DNA of 61,178 nucleotides from Actinomycetota bacterium (GCA_963169225.1 CAUJDH010000005.1:1-61178), one strand, 5' to 3'; positions 48,553-58,839 are shown, numbered from the stretch's first letter. The notes: a model not told the origin generated them from the sequence alone. Program-made: numbers and translations.

Positions 48553-48593
48553 AGCGGCTCCGGAACCCCATAGAACTGGGTTCTGGAGCCGCT
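48553..48593 (+). terminator. Intrinsic terminator after the binding-protein gene
   Basis: AGCGGCTCCGGAACCC ... GGGTTCTGGAGCCGCT followed by a T-rich tract. Confidence 0.8.
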
Positions 48594-48642
48594 TGCGTTT
48601 CTTCTTGTGCGTCTGAGCCGCAACCAGACTAGGCTGCCACCT

Positions 48643-49848
48643 ATGACTCAGAAGAAGAAAGTTGCACTACTGACCGCAGGTGGCCTCGCCCCTTGTCTCT
48701 CAAGCGCTGTCGGCGGACTAATTACCCGCTACACCGACATCGCCCCGGATGTCGAAATCATCGCTTATATCGGCGGCTACGACGGTCTCCTTCGCGGCAA
48801 ATCAGTCAAGATCACCCCAACTATTCGCAAGAATGCAGCAACGCTTCACCAGTTTGGTGGAAGCCCGATCGGAAACTCACGAGTCAAACTCACAAACGTC
48901 GAAGACTGCGTAAAGCGCGGCCTGGTCGGCAAAGGACAAGACCCTCTCAAAGTAGCGGCCGAACAGCTCACCAAAGATGGCGTACATATTCTGCATACGA
49001 TTGGCGGTGACGACACCAACACCACTGCTGCCGACCTAGCGGCATACCTGGCCGAGAACGACTACGGCCTCACAGTTGTTGGACTCCCCAAGACGATCGA
49101 TAACGACGTATACCCAATTCGCCAGTCGCTAGGCGCAGTCACCGCCGCCGAGCAGGGCGCGTTGTTCGCTCGCAATGTGATCGCCGAGCACAATGCAGTT
49201 CCCAACGCACTCGTAATTCACGAGATCATGGGCCGCCACTGCGGATGGCTTACAGCTGCCACTGCCCGGGAATACCGACGTCAGCTCGCTGGCCTGGATT
49301 GGGTACCCGGAATCGGGCTCGACAAGCGCAAATGGGACGTACACGCGGTGTTCATTCCCGAATCAAACATCAACATCAAGGCCGAAGCTCGTCGCCTGAC
49401 CAAAGTCATGAAGGAAGTCGGTAACGTCAATATCTTCCTGTCTGAAGGTGCCGGGGTCGACGCAATCGTCAAGGAGATCGAAGCCGAAGGCGGCGAGGTT
49501 CTCAAAGATGCATTCGGTCACGTCAAGCTTGACTTCATCAATCCGGGCCAATGGTTTGGCAAGCAATTTGGTGAAGCAATCGGGGCCGAGAAGACCCAAG
49601 TATTCAAGAGCGGCTACTTCGCGCGCTCGGCTGCCGCAAACCAAGAAGATCTGCGCTTGATTCAATACTGCACAGACCTGGCAGTTGAGTCAGCACTTGC
49701 CGGAGTCGGCGGCGTGATTGGTCACGACGAAGATCACGGGAACGTCTTGCGCGCTATCGAGTTCAATCGGATCGCAGGCGGAAAGCCATTCGATCCCAAG
49801 CAAGACTGGTACAAGAAGATGCTCAAAGACATCGGTCAAGCCAAATAG
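48643..49848 (+). CDS. pfp: Pyrophosphate-dependent phosphofructokinase
   Basis: LTAGGLAPC, IGGDDTN (Asp at the PPi-specificity position), PKTIDND (Lys), EIMGRHCG, SGYFARS. Start trimmed to ATG 48643. Confidence 0.92.
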   Translation: MTQKKKVALLTAGGLAPCLSSAVGGLITRYTDIAPDVEIIAYIGGYDGLLRGKSVKITPTIRKNAATLHQFGGSPIGNSRVKLTNVEDCVKRGLVGKGQDPLKVAAEQLTKDGVHILHTIGGDDTNTTAADLAAYLAENDYGLTVVGLPKTIDNDVYPIRQSLGAVTAAEQGALFARNVIAEHNAVPNALVIHEIMGRHCGWLTAATAREYRRQLAGLDWVPGIGLDKRKWDVHAVFIPESNINIKAEARRLTKVMKEVGNVNIFLSEGAGVDAIVKEIEAEGGEVLKDAFGHVKLDFINPGQWFGKQFGEAIGAEKTQVFKSGYFARSAAANQEDLRLIQYCTDLAVESALAGVGGVIGHDEDHGNVLRAIEFNRIAGGKPFDPKQDWYKKMLKDIGQAK

Positions 49849-49855
49849 GTTCTAC

Positions 49856-50194
49856 CTAAGTAGTTTTCGGCTGTAGCTTGCCTGAGGCCTTAACTTTTTT
49901 GGTTACCCAATGGTCGGCGAAGAAGCTGGCGAATGGGATCGTACCTGCGATTAGTACGCCAAGAGTTGCCCATAATGACCAGCGCATGCGGAACGTCAAG
50001 TCGACTGCTGTAATCAAGTAGATGAAGTAGAACCAGCCGTGCATGGTCCACAGCAGCACGTAAATGTGGGGCTTGTCAGCGACATCGGAGTAGTTCCACA
50101 TCGTGTAGCCAAGGATCAACCAACCGGTCAAGACAAGTAACACAACACCTGTCACCCAGGCCATGATCCGGTACCGAATTAATGCGCCTCTCAT
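49856..50194 (-). CDS. DUF3817 membrane protein
   Basis: RYRIMAWVTG ... HGWFYFIYL ... AGTIPFASF. Confidence 0.88.
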   Translation of the reverse strand: MRGALIRYRIMAWVTGVVLLVLTGWLILGYTMWNYSDVADKPHIYVLLWTMHGWFYFIYLITAVDLTFRMRWSLWATLGVLIAGTIPFASFFADHWVTKKVKASGKLQPKTT

Positions 50195-50688
50195 GAGCCG
50201 CTCACACTCCCTTTGTCGTCGTCATCCTTATTCTGCTTGTCCGCGTCTCCACCTTCATCGCTACCCTCGTCATTCACGGGGCTCGCGCCGAAAATTTGCT
50301 TACGTCTCTCATCCGCGGATGCATCCAGCGAGATCGGTTCGCTTGACGCCGCATCGCCATCAGTCGATCCAGCTACCGATCCAGCCGCTCCAGTCTGTAC
50401 GGCCGTTCCTCGCGCTCTGGCGATAGCCTCATCTTCTGCCACCACACCCAACTCGGATTCGCGCTGGTCGCGCATATACCGGTACCAAAACCAAATAGCG
50501 AACGCCGCAAACACCCACCACTGGATCGCATAGACAAAATTGCGGATGCTCAACTCTTCGCCATGCCACTCACCTGGGTTGAAAGCTACTTGCATCTGCC
50601 AGTAGCCCAGAAACACCAGCGCGGCGAACACACAGGCACACAATAGGTGCCAGGGCCACCACCGAGACTGGAACATGTAACTAAACAC
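50191..50688 (-). CDS. Conserved actinobacterial membrane protein coupled to DUF3817
   Basis: RWWPWHLL ... LGYWQ ... RNFVYAIQWWVFAAF; acidic tail; ATGA overlap. Start at GTG 50688 (TACCGT 6 nt upstream). Confidence 0.8.
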   Translation of the reverse strand: MFSYMFQSRWWPWHLLCACVFAALVFLGYWQMQVAFNPGEWHGEELSIRNFVYAIQWWVFAAFAIWFWYRYMRDQRESELGVVAEDEAIARARGTAVQTGAAGSVAGSTDGDAASSEPISLDASADERRKQIFGASPVNDEGSDEGGDADKQNKDDDDKGSVSGS

Positions 50689-50767
50689 ACTTACACGGTA
50701 CGACGCGGACCCCATCTTGTGTGCTGCGGTTCGACAAAACTAGGGCAAAACATGACAGGCTAGGTCT

Positions 50768-53700
50768 ATGGCAGAGAGGTCATTGGCATTAGCGCGACCC
50801 TCTAATTTGCCGAGCCGTTGGGTCTGGGTCTTAGCCGTCACTGTGGCAAGCATTGTTGCCTTGATCGGCAAGGCACTTGGCGTCAACGTGATCTGGATTC
50901 AGGTTCTCATCGGGCTTATAACCGCGGGGCTCATCTTGTACCGCGCATTGCGCCACCGACTGTGGGCAACAACAAACTGGATCATAATTGGTGCCGGCGT
51001 AGCGTTCTACTGCATTGGTTCCGAATTTTGGAACAGCAGCCAAAATTTCAGTGACAGCGGAGCGTTTCACAACAGCTTTGCTTCGATCCTCTACACAATC
51101 GGGCTGTTGCTGTTCATCACGGCGATGATCGGCATCATTATCAAAGCTCGCAGAAACTCGACGGATTCGACATCCTCACTAGATGCCACAATCGTGTTTG
51201 TCGCGGTATCGCTGATAGCAATCCAAGCTCTCATCTATCCCACCTGGATGGACCCGACTCTCAGTACCAGCGTCAAAGTCGGGATCTTTACCTACACATT
51301 CCTATTCGTGATCTTGCTATCGGTCACTATCAGACTTTGGTACACGACTGAGGCTCAAGTCAACCGTGCGATTCGCACATTCGCCTCAGGCATGATCATT
51401 ATGCTGCTCACGGATATCGCATTCATTGCGACACGCGTGCCGGCTATCGGAGGCGAATACTCGCTACCCTCGGTTTGGCCTCTGATCTCATCAATGGTCT
51501 TCTACGGGATCATGGGAGCGGCGGCACTGGACCCGACAGCTGCCCGCCCACCGGCTGGTGACAGCGACTCTGGGCTCACAGACCGCTCCCGCTTGCTCGT
51601 CACGCTGTCGATGAGCATCCTTGTTCCACCGCTAATCCTGTTAATCAACCGGGATCGTACCGGCGGCTTCTCCAATCACACGGGCTTTGTCTTACTCACC
51701 TTGCTCTTGGCAGCCCTGTTTGCATACCGCGTAAGTTACCTAATCAAGAACTATCGAGAAGCGCTCCGACGAGAGCACACTCTTCGTGAAATTAACGCCG
51801 ATCTCATGCGCTGCACGGATGCGCGAGAGATCCTCCATAAGCTCCCACCTTGGGCAACTCAACTTGTGGAGCAACCAGGAGTTACTGCCACGATCGGTAC
51901 CTTGGACGATTTGGCGGCTCGAGGTATCGGACCGTTTGGTTCGCGGTTCCGAAACCAACGTGGTGAGATCAAATACCGTACGGTGATCGCGGTTCCTGGT
52001 GTTCGACCACAACGCCGAATCGTTATCGAAACTAGCGAGGTCATCACCTCAGCCGAGCAGACTTCGTTGTCGGTGCTTGGCCAGAGCATCGGCATGGTGC
52101 TTGAACGATTGGCACTCGCCAGATCAGATGCCGAACGTGCCGCCGCCGAACGACTCGAGCTCCTACTCCATAACGCATCTGATGTGATCGCCCTCGTCGA
52201 CATGTCGGGACAAATCCGCTATGCCACTGAGGCTATGCGAGAGGTGATCGGACGCGAACCAGTCTCTGTCGTGGGCTTGCGATGGGTTCGACTATTTGAA
52301 GATCCGGCAATCGCTATGGGCTTGCTTGAGCGAGCGCGAGTGGACGGTGAATCTCACGGCGATCTGGTGTTGGACCCCAAAACAATCTCATTCGAGAACG
52401 ACCTACTAGAAACCATGGCCCCGGAAGCCGCCGTCGATGCCGACTTCGATGACGCTGCGCGCCGCCTCGATGTGACTATTGTTTGGATCGAGAATGACGA
52501 ACAGTACGTGGTTACCCACCATGACGTGACCGACAGGTACAACCTGGAACAGCAACTGGCTTATCAGGCGTTCCACGATGAACTCACCGGGCTCAATAAC
52601 CGTGCGGTGTTCCGCGAGCAACTAGCGGGCGCTACCGAACGGGCCACTAGGCTCAAGCGTTCATTTGCGGTGCTCATGATCGACCTCGACGATTTCAAGA
52701 TGGTCAACGATTCGTTGGGGCACCCTACGGGCGACAAGCTGCTTCGAGTCGTAGCGGAGCGTCTGACTGACTGCATGCGCGAAGGTGACACCCCAGTGCG
52801 TTTGGGTGGTGACGAGTTTGCGGCCGTGCTTGAGAGCGCCGGGAATGAGAAAGACGCGATCCACGTGGCCGAGCGGATCTTGTCCAAGATCACCGAACCG
52901 ATGGAACTCTTCGGCGACGAGGTGGCTGTTGGAGCCAGTATCGGAATCGCGATTAGTGACGGTTCGCATAGCCCATCCGAAGTCGAGCGAGATGCGGATA
53001 TCGCCCTGTACGAGGCCAAGTTCTCCGGGAAGAACCGGATCACCTCATTCCGCGAGAAGATGCATGACACAGCAGTACGCAGACTCGCCTTGTCGAACGA
53101 GATCCGTGGAGCGCTTGAAGACGGCAGTTTGTTCCTTCGATACCAGCCGATCGTTGAGCTCAACACTGGCGGCATCGTAGGTGCTGAAGCTTTGATCCGT
53201 TGGAATCATCCTCGCCTAGGCGAGATCCTTCCCGGTGACTTCATCCCATTGGTTGAGAACACCGACATCATTATCGAAGTCGGAAAATTCGTCATGGCCA
53301 ATGCGATCGCCGACCTCGCTGAGTGGACCAGGAGATACCCGAAACATTCGAACTCCAGAGTCACGATCAACTTCTCGGGGCGCCAACTCACCGATAGCGA
53401 TGCTGCGGGAGATCTCGCCAGACTGATCAAGCAATACGATGTTGATCCCTCACGAGTGGTCGCAGAAGTAACCGAAAGCATCCTGTTGCCCGACGACAGT
53501 CAAGCTATTGACCAACTCGCAGCTATCCGCGATATCGGATCAGGTGTCTATATCGATGACTTCGGAACTGGTTACTCTTCACTTCACTATTTGCGCTCAC
53601 TTCCCGTGACGGGAGTGAAGCTCGCTCAAGAGTTCGTGTCAGACCTGCCCAATGTGCGCGATGAGGAACTAATTCGCTTGGTGCAGCAACTCAGCGAATC

Positions 53701-53905
53701 CATGCAGATGAATGAGGTAATCGCCGAGGGTATCGAGACCAAAGCGCAGAAGAATGCACTCATTGAGATGAATTACCACCTGGGTCAAGGCTTCCTTATG
53801 CACCGACCGCTGGCTAAAAAGGACTTCTTCAAAGTGCTGCAGTCCACCAAACCTGGAGTCTGGTCAGCGGACCAAGGTGCTGATCCAATTCAAAGGTCGA
53901 CTTAG
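50768..53905 (+). CDS. Membrane-bound PAS-GGDEF-EAL c-di-GMP enzyme
   Basis: About 10 hydrophobic segments, PAS-like region, RxxD + GGDEF, EAL, DDFGTGYSSL, AEGIE, QGF. Confidence 0.93.
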   Translation: MAERSLALARPSNLPSRWVWVLAVTVASIVALIGKALGVNVIWIQVLIGLITAGLILYRALRHRLWATTNWIIIGAGVAFYCIGSEFWNSSQNFSDSGAFHNSFASILYTIGLLLFITAMIGIIIKARRNSTDSTSSLDATIVFVAVSLIAIQALIYPTWMDPTLSTSVKVGIFTYTFLFVILLSVTIRLWYTTEAQVNRAIRTFASGMIIMLLTDIAFIATRVPAIGGEYSLPSVWPLISSMVFYGIMGAAALDPTAARPPAGDSDSGLTDRSRLLVTLSMSILVPPLILLINRDRTGGFSNHTGFVLLTLLLAALFAYRVSYLIKNYREALRREHTLREINADLMRCTDAREILHKLPPWATQLVEQPGVTATIGTLDDLAARGIGPFGSRFRNQRGEIKYRTVIAVPGVRPQRRIVIETSEVITSAEQTSLSVLGQSIGMVLERLALARSDAERAAAERLELLLHNASDVIALVDMSGQIRYATEAMREVIGREPVSVVGLRWVRLFEDPAIAMGLLERARVDGESHGDLVLDPKTISFENDLLETMAPEAAVDADFDDAARRLDVTIVWIENDEQYVVTHHDVTDRYNLEQQLAYQAFHDELTGLNNRAVFREQLAGATERATRLKRSFAVLMIDLDDFKMVNDSLGHPTGDKLLRVVAERLTDCMREGDTPVRLGGDEFAAVLESAGNEKDAIHVAERILSKITEPMELFGDEVAVGASIGIAISDGSHSPSEVERDADIALYEAKFSGKNRITSFREKMHDTAVRRLALSNEIRGALEDGSLFLRYQPIVELNTGGIVGAEALIRWNHPRLGEILPGDFIPLVENTDIIIEVGKFVMANAIADLAEWTRRYPKHSNSRVTINFSGRQLTDSDAAGDLARLIKQYDVDPSRVVAEVTESILLPDDSQAIDQLAAIRDIGSGVYIDDFGTGYSSLHYLRSLPVTGVKLAQEFVSDLPNVRDEELIRLVQQLSESMQMNEVIAEGIETKAQKNALIEMNYHLGQGFLMHRPLAKKDFFKVLQSTKPGVWSADQGADPIQRST

Positions 53906-54222
53906 TAGTCGTCGGCTGGGGGTCGGTAGTCGTCAAGTGGCTTGGATTCATCGAGAGTGTCGTCTTCGTTGAAATCGACCTTACTCAGGCTTCCACGCAG
54001 AAAAACATAGATCAGTGCGGCGGCCGCTGCCAGCACGAGCACAGCCAATAAGCCCAGCATTCCTGGCGACACCCGGTTTGGATCGATCGGCTCAGGCACA
54101 GGCACAGGCTCTGGAATCGGTGTTGCGTCAGCCACAAAAACCGTAGCTCGATCAACTACGCCTCGAACTGCTAGTTCGAGGTTCACAACAGACTCAAGAA
54201 AACTGGGAATCACGTAACCCAT
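53902..54222 (-). CDS. Small membrane protein (Rv1083-like; start uncertain)
   Basis: DPNRVSPGMLGLL followed by a TM helix. Position next to DUF4307/greA. Confidence 0.55.
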   Translation of the reverse strand: MGYVIPSFLESVVNLELAVRGVVDRATVFVADATPIPEPVPVPEPIDPNRVSPGMLGLLAVLVLAAAAALIYVFLRGSLSKVDFNEDDTLDESKPLDDYRPPADDY

Positions 54223-54262
54223 GACATCATGTACCAACCGGCATGGCACACAATGGGGGTAT

Positions 54263-54751
54263 ATGTCTAGCCATCAAATCTCCGACTTACCCCCGCGCCT
54301 CGTCGACAGGTACGGGGGTAGCGGTTCGCGCCGAACGGTCCTGGTCTTGGGCGTGCTTGCTGCCGTCCTAATCATCGGCCTGGGAGTACTCACACAATGG
54401 ACCCTTGCCCGTTCGGACGTCTACTCCAAACTCCTCGCCTGGAGCGCGCCAGTTGACGATCATGTCAACATTACTTTCGAGATCCGACGCAACCCCAAGA
54501 ACACGGTGGAGTGCGTCGTTCGCGCCCAAAACAAGTTGCACCATGACGTGGGTTATGCAACGGTAGTGATTCCGCCCGGCAACGACTACGTCCAAACGAC
54601 GTATCCACTGGCGACAACTGAAAAGGCGTATGCGGGAGAACTGCTCGGCTGTTCTGAGAACGGCCCGCCGGCAGTTCAACCACCTGACTTCCCGCCCAAC
54701 GCACCAAATCCACAGCAACCCTGGAGTCCGAACAATGACCGAAGCCAATGA
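54263..54751 (+). CDS. DUF4307 membrane protein
   Basis: RYG motif, TM helix, CVVRAQN, VGYA, ELLGC. Start trimmed to ATG 54263. Confidence 0.85.
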   Translation: MSSHQISDLPPRLVDRYGGSGSRRTVLVLGVLAAVLIIGLGVLTQWTLARSDVYSKLLAWSAPVDDHVNITFEIRRNPKNTVECVVRAQNKLHHDVGYATVVIPPGNDYVQTTYPLATTEKAYAGELLGCSENGPPAVQPPDFPPNAPNPQQPWSPNNDRSQ

Positions 54752-55220
54752 GACTTGGTTAACCCAAGAGGCGTTTGACGCTCTTCAACAAGAGCTGGAC
54801 GAACGCTCAGGCCCGATCGCAGCTGACATCACAGCGAAAATTCAAGCTGCTCGCGACGAAGGTGACCTCAAAGAGAACGGCGGCTACCACGCTGCTCGTG
54901 AAGAACAAGGCAAAAATGAAGCTCGGATCCGCGTTCTCAAGCATCTACTTGAGAACGCTCAAATCGGAACTCCGCCAGGAGTCGAAGAGGGTGTCGCCTC
55001 ACACGGTTCAGTTGTGACTATCGACTTTGGTGATGGCGATACTGAGGAGTTCCGGATCGGCTCGCGCGAAGAAACCGCCGTTTCCGATATCGAAGTGTAC
55101 TCGCCGACCTCGCCACTAGGTGCCGCCGTCATGGGCGCCAAGAAGGGTGACGAAGTTAGCTACGAGCTGCCCAACGGCCGCTCTGCTTCAGTCACAGTGG
55201 TTGAAGTTAAAAGCGCCTAG
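54735..55220 (+). CDS. greA: Transcription elongation factor GreA
   Basis: WLTQEAFDALQQEL, ARDEGDLKENGGYHAAREEQ, SPLGAAVMG. GGAG RBS precedes ATG 54735. Confidence 0.96.
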   Translation: MTEANETWLTQEAFDALQQELDERSGPIAADITAKIQAARDEGDLKENGGYHAAREEQGKNEARIRVLKHLLENAQIGTPPGVEEGVASHGSVVTIDFGDGDTEEFRIGSREETAVSDIEVYSPTSPLGAAVMGAKKGDEVSYELPNGRSASVTVVEVKSA

Positions 55221-56182
55221 GCAATAATTCGGTCGCCTTGTTCTCCTGGTGGAGACCAGTAGTTCTCCCCTTGGAGAACTAGCGAGGCAGCGCCAACAAT
55301 CCCCGCTTCTTGTTCGAGTCCGACCGTCACGATCTTCATCCGACGCGCAAAACCAAGACCTGCGTGCCGGTCAAATGCCTCTTGCATGGGGACCATGAGG
55401 AGGTCGCCGGACTGGACCATTCCCCCACCGATGATCGCGATATCGAGGTCAAGCAAAGCAGCGCAACTAGCGAGTGCAATACCTACTGCCTCACCAGCCC
55501 TAGTGAATGCCGCAATGGCAACCTCATCTCCGGCATTCGCGTCCTCGGCCAACGATCGGCCATCTGCGGGACGATCACCTGGTAACCAGCCTTGATTGAC
55601 TGCCCACTGAACCGTTCCCGGACCGCGAGCGATTGCCTCGAGACATCCACGACCTCCGCAACGACATTCAGGGCCGTTCGGGTCCACAACGATGTGACCG
55701 ATGTGGCCAGCATTACCTAGGCCGCCATTGATTAGGTGATTGTCTGCGACTAACCCACCGCCAACACCAGTTGAAACCACCATCCCCAAAACGTTGGCGT
55801 AGCCACGTCCGGCACCGACCCAATGCTCGGCAGCGGTCATAGCAATAGCGTCATTGTGGATCCGCACATCAAGATCGGGAAACTTCTCTTGAACTTGAGT
55901 TCGCAAAGGAAACCCACGCCAGGCGGGAATGTTTACTGGTGAAACCTCTCCAGCGGGCCACACCATCGGGCCAGCCGAACCAATCCCGACACCAGCGAGC
56001 TCTGGGTGGCCCGCTTTGTCCAGGGTTTGGTCACATGCGCTTGTCAGTGCTTGCCACATGTCGTCTGCGGTTCCTTGAGCCGGAGTTGGAACGATAGATG
56101 AATGTGTCACTTCGCCGGAGTCATCGACGATCCCCACTGCCATCTTGGTTCCGCCAACATCGATTCCCAATACTTGAGTCAT
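55217..56182 (-). CDS. ROK family sugar kinase
   Basis: GIDVGGTK, NDA, STGVGGG, GHIGH, CRCGGRGCLE. Confidence 0.92.
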   Translation of the reverse strand: MTQVLGIDVGGTKMAVGIVDDSGEVTHSSIVPTPAQGTADDMWQALTSACDQTLDKAGHPELAGVGIGSAGPMVWPAGEVSPVNIPAWRGFPLRTQVQEKFPDLDVRIHNDAIAMTAAEHWVGAGRGYANVLGMVVSTGVGGGLVADNHLINGGLGNAGHIGHIVVDPNGPECRCGGRGCLEAIARGPGTVQWAVNQGWLPGDRPADGRSLAEDANAGDEVAIAAFTRAGEAVGIALASCAALLDLDIAIIGGGMVQSGDLLMVPMQEAFDRHAGLGFARRMKIVTVGLEQEAGIVGAASLVLQGENYWSPPGEQGDRIIA

Positions 56183-57525
56183 GTGCCCATCTTGCCGATT
56201 TTGACGTCGGATGGCTCACTGACATCATCCTGATCGGGCTTGGTTTCTGGCATTACGACGGCGAAGAGCAGTGCCAACAGTGCAACGACGACACCAGACC
56301 CGAGTGCCCAGTGGTAGCCAATGTAGTCGGCCATGACCCCGGCCAGAAGTGGACCAATGATGGCTCCGAAGTCAGAGATCATCTGGAAGCCTGCAACCAC
56401 GTTCCCGCCTTTGCGACCGTGAGTAATGTCACCCACTACCGCTGCCGGTGCAGAACCTAAGAATGCGGTGCCCACTCCCACCACGCCCATGCCAACCAAG
56501 AACAAGATCGGCTCCACAGAGAGAGCAATGGCGAGCATTCCAATACCTGTCAATAAGCAACCGAGGATCACTGCCGGACGTCTACCTCGGAAATCTGCCA
56601 GTTTCCCGGCTGGCCACAAAAACAGGCCTTGAGCGACAGCTGCAACTAAGAAACCAACACCAGAGAGACCCGCACCTCGATGAAGCGATTCGACAACGAA
56701 TAAAGGAACCAGTGACATGCGAATACCGAAAGCCACGAATCCATTCGTGAAGTTGGCCATCAACACAGCACGGTAGGCACCATTTTTGAGTGCGCGCAGG
56801 AACGAATTTGAGATATCTGATTCTGCAGGTGAGTCCGACGAGGTGGCCTGCGGATTTTCCTGTTCGATTTCTTGGACTTCGCTACTGTCTTCTGGCTGAA
56901 TGCCTTCCTCGTCAAAACCGGCGGCTTCAAGCTCAGCTTCATACGCACTCGGCTTGGTCAAGAAAATCAAGGTCACCGCTGTAGCTAGCGCCAACGTTCC
57001 TGCATAGATGAAGAACGGCGCACGAATCGACCAGCCCACCACGATGCCACCAACGGCCGGCCCAGCGATACCACCAAGCAAGAACCCTGCACTGAACACA
57101 CCAGCCGCACGACCCCTTAGTTCTGGTGGTGCAGTGCGCAACATCAGTGCCATTGCCGAGACAGTAAACATGGCCGAACCGACTCCGCCGATTCCGCGCA
57201 AGATCAACAACTGCACATAGCTCTGCGAGAGTCCCGCGATAAGAGAGGAGACCGCCACAATGATCAGTCCACTTGCCAGCACAATTCGCTCACCGATTCG
57301 ATTGATCAGTGCTCCTGCTAGTGGCGAACCCACGAATCGCATAACCGCAAATAGACTGATGATCGCCGATGCCAGAAACGCTGAGACTCCGAAGAGACGG
57401 GCAAATACTGGGAGCGCAGGTGCCAGAATTCCGTAACCAAGCGCCACACAAAAAGCGATACCCGCCAACACCACGATTTCACGTGGCATTCCTTTTAACA
57501 TAGGGATCCGGTCGGTAGCAGGCAC
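56179..57525 (-). CDS. MFS transporter
   Basis: Twelve hydrophobic segments; motif-A-like GALINRIGER and GKLADFRGRR; acidic central loop. Confidence 0.9.
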   Translation of the reverse strand: MPATDRIPMLKGMPREIVVLAGIAFCVALGYGILAPALPVFARLFGVSAFLASAIISLFAVMRFVGSPLAGALINRIGERIVLASGLIIVAVSSLIAGLSQSYVQLLILRGIGGVGSAMFTVSAMALMLRTAPPELRGRAAGVFSAGFLLGGIAGPAVGGIVVGWSIRAPFFIYAGTLALATAVTLIFLTKPSAYEAELEAAGFDEEGIQPEDSSEVQEIEQENPQATSSDSPAESDISNSFLRALKNGAYRAVLMANFTNGFVAFGIRMSLVPLFVVESLHRGAGLSGVGFLVAAVAQGLFLWPAGKLADFRGRRPAVILGCLLTGIGMLAIALSVEPILFLVGMGVVGVGTAFLGSAPAAVVGDITHGRKGGNVVAGFQMISDFGAIIGPLLAGVMADYIGYHWALGSGVVVALLALLFAVVMPETKPDQDDVSEPSDVKIGKMGT

Positions 57526-57603
57526 GAAAACTAGTGTCCCACTGCCGACTGCTCTTCTGCGAATCAGCTAGGTGCCGACACTAGTGAGACCAGTCAGTCT
57601 CAA

Positions 57604-58839
57604 TCAGTAGGCGCCAAATTTTGCGGCGGCCTCACGCAATTCCTCACGCGCATCAGGGTGCGCTGCTTTGTTGATGATGTGGTGTGCCTGTTCACGCTCG
57701 TCATAGCCAAACAACCATGCCATACCTTGTTCCGTGACCACTGCGTTCTGCTGAAAACTCGTAGCCGGAACGTCGAGCTGAGGAACGATAGTCGAGACGT
57801 TCGCCTTCTTTCGCCAGCTTGGCAGAGCCATATAGGCGCGACCGCCCTTCGAGTGGATCGCACCAACAATAAAGTCTGTGGATCCGCCGAAGCCCGAGAA
57901 AATTCTCCCCCGCAATTGACTCGCATTTGCCTGACCGTGCAAGTCAAATTGCAAAGCGGCGTTGATGCTGGTCATTGCGTTGTTCTTAGAAATTTGCGCC
58001 GGGTTATTTGTCGTTTCGGTTCGCAACATTCTGATGCGCGGATTCTGGTCGGCCCATCCATACAATTCATGCGACCCAATCAAAAAACTCGAATGAATCA
58101 GATGATCTTGATCGAGCACTCGTTTACGCTCAAGTTCGAGCACCCCATCGCTAAACGTTTCAGTCCAAATCCGCAGACCCTTAGCTTTGACTTGACTCAA
58201 CACAGCATCTGGAATCGCACCGATCCCCAATTGCAAGGTAGAACCATCGTCAATCCGCTTGGCGATTCGTTTGCCGATCCTTTTTGCTGCCTGACCTTGT
58301 TTGTGTTCGGGGAGTTCCATGAGTGACTCATCGATCTCAACCAGATAGTCAAATGTGTCGAGTTCGATCTCGCTGTCGCCGTAGGTGTAAGGCATATTGG
58401 GATTCGTAAAGGCGATCACCAAACCGTTATTGCTCTTGGCCGCTTCAATCGCCCCGGGGAGCACATTGACCTCGATCCCCAAACTGACCTTGCCTTTACG
58501 CGGGAGCGATGTGTGCACCATGACGATGTCAGGAACCATCTCGGTGCGAAACAATACTGGCACCATCGAGAGTCGACACGGCGCGTATCGGAGCGTGGGC
58601 TTATCACGCATGGCAGACCCAACGAAGGCAGTCTCCAAAGTGAGGCCGTTTCGGATCGGCAGTTCACGCACCGCATTGAGCATATTGAGCTTGGCAGTGG
58701 CGAATGCTTCATCTACTAGCGTGACAGCTATTGCAGGCGTAGCAAGGTTCCCAGACAAGACAATTCGCGGATTTTCATGATGCCGATTGAGGATCTCTCG
58801 CAGCTGATCGACACTGACCTCTTGCGCCTTTTCGCTCAC
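57604..58839 (-). CDS. Acetyl-CoA hydrolase/transferase family (4-hydroxybutyrate CoA-transferase-like)
   Basis: [55 protein letters not shown]. Confidence 0.9.
   Translation of the reverse strand: MSEKAQEVSVDQLREILNRHHENPRIVLSGNLATPAIAVTLVDEAFATAKLNMLNAVRELPIRNGLTLETAFVGSAMRDKPTLRYAPCRLSMVPVLFRTEMVPDIVMVHTSLPRKGKVSLGIEVNVLPGAIEAAKSNNGLVIAFTNPNMPYTYGDSEIELDTFDYLVEIDESLMELPEHKQGQAAKRIGKRIAKRIDDGSTLQLGIGAIPDAVLSQVKAKGLRIWTETFSDGVLELERKRVLDQDHLIHSSFLIGSHELYGWADQNPRIRMLRTETTNNPAQISKNNAMTSINAALQFDLHGQANASQLRGRIFSGFGGSTDFIVGAIHSKGGRAYMALPSWRKKANVSTIVPQLDVPATSFQQNAVVTEQGMAWLFGYDEREQAHHIINKAAHPDAREELREAAAKFGAY

Noticed and set aside
46708-50719. 11-bp direct repeat ACCCCATCTTG at 46708 and 50709 flanking the rrf2-DUF3817 block
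   Set aside because: 11-mer repeats are expected many times by chance in 61 kb, and no recombinase or other mobility signal is present.
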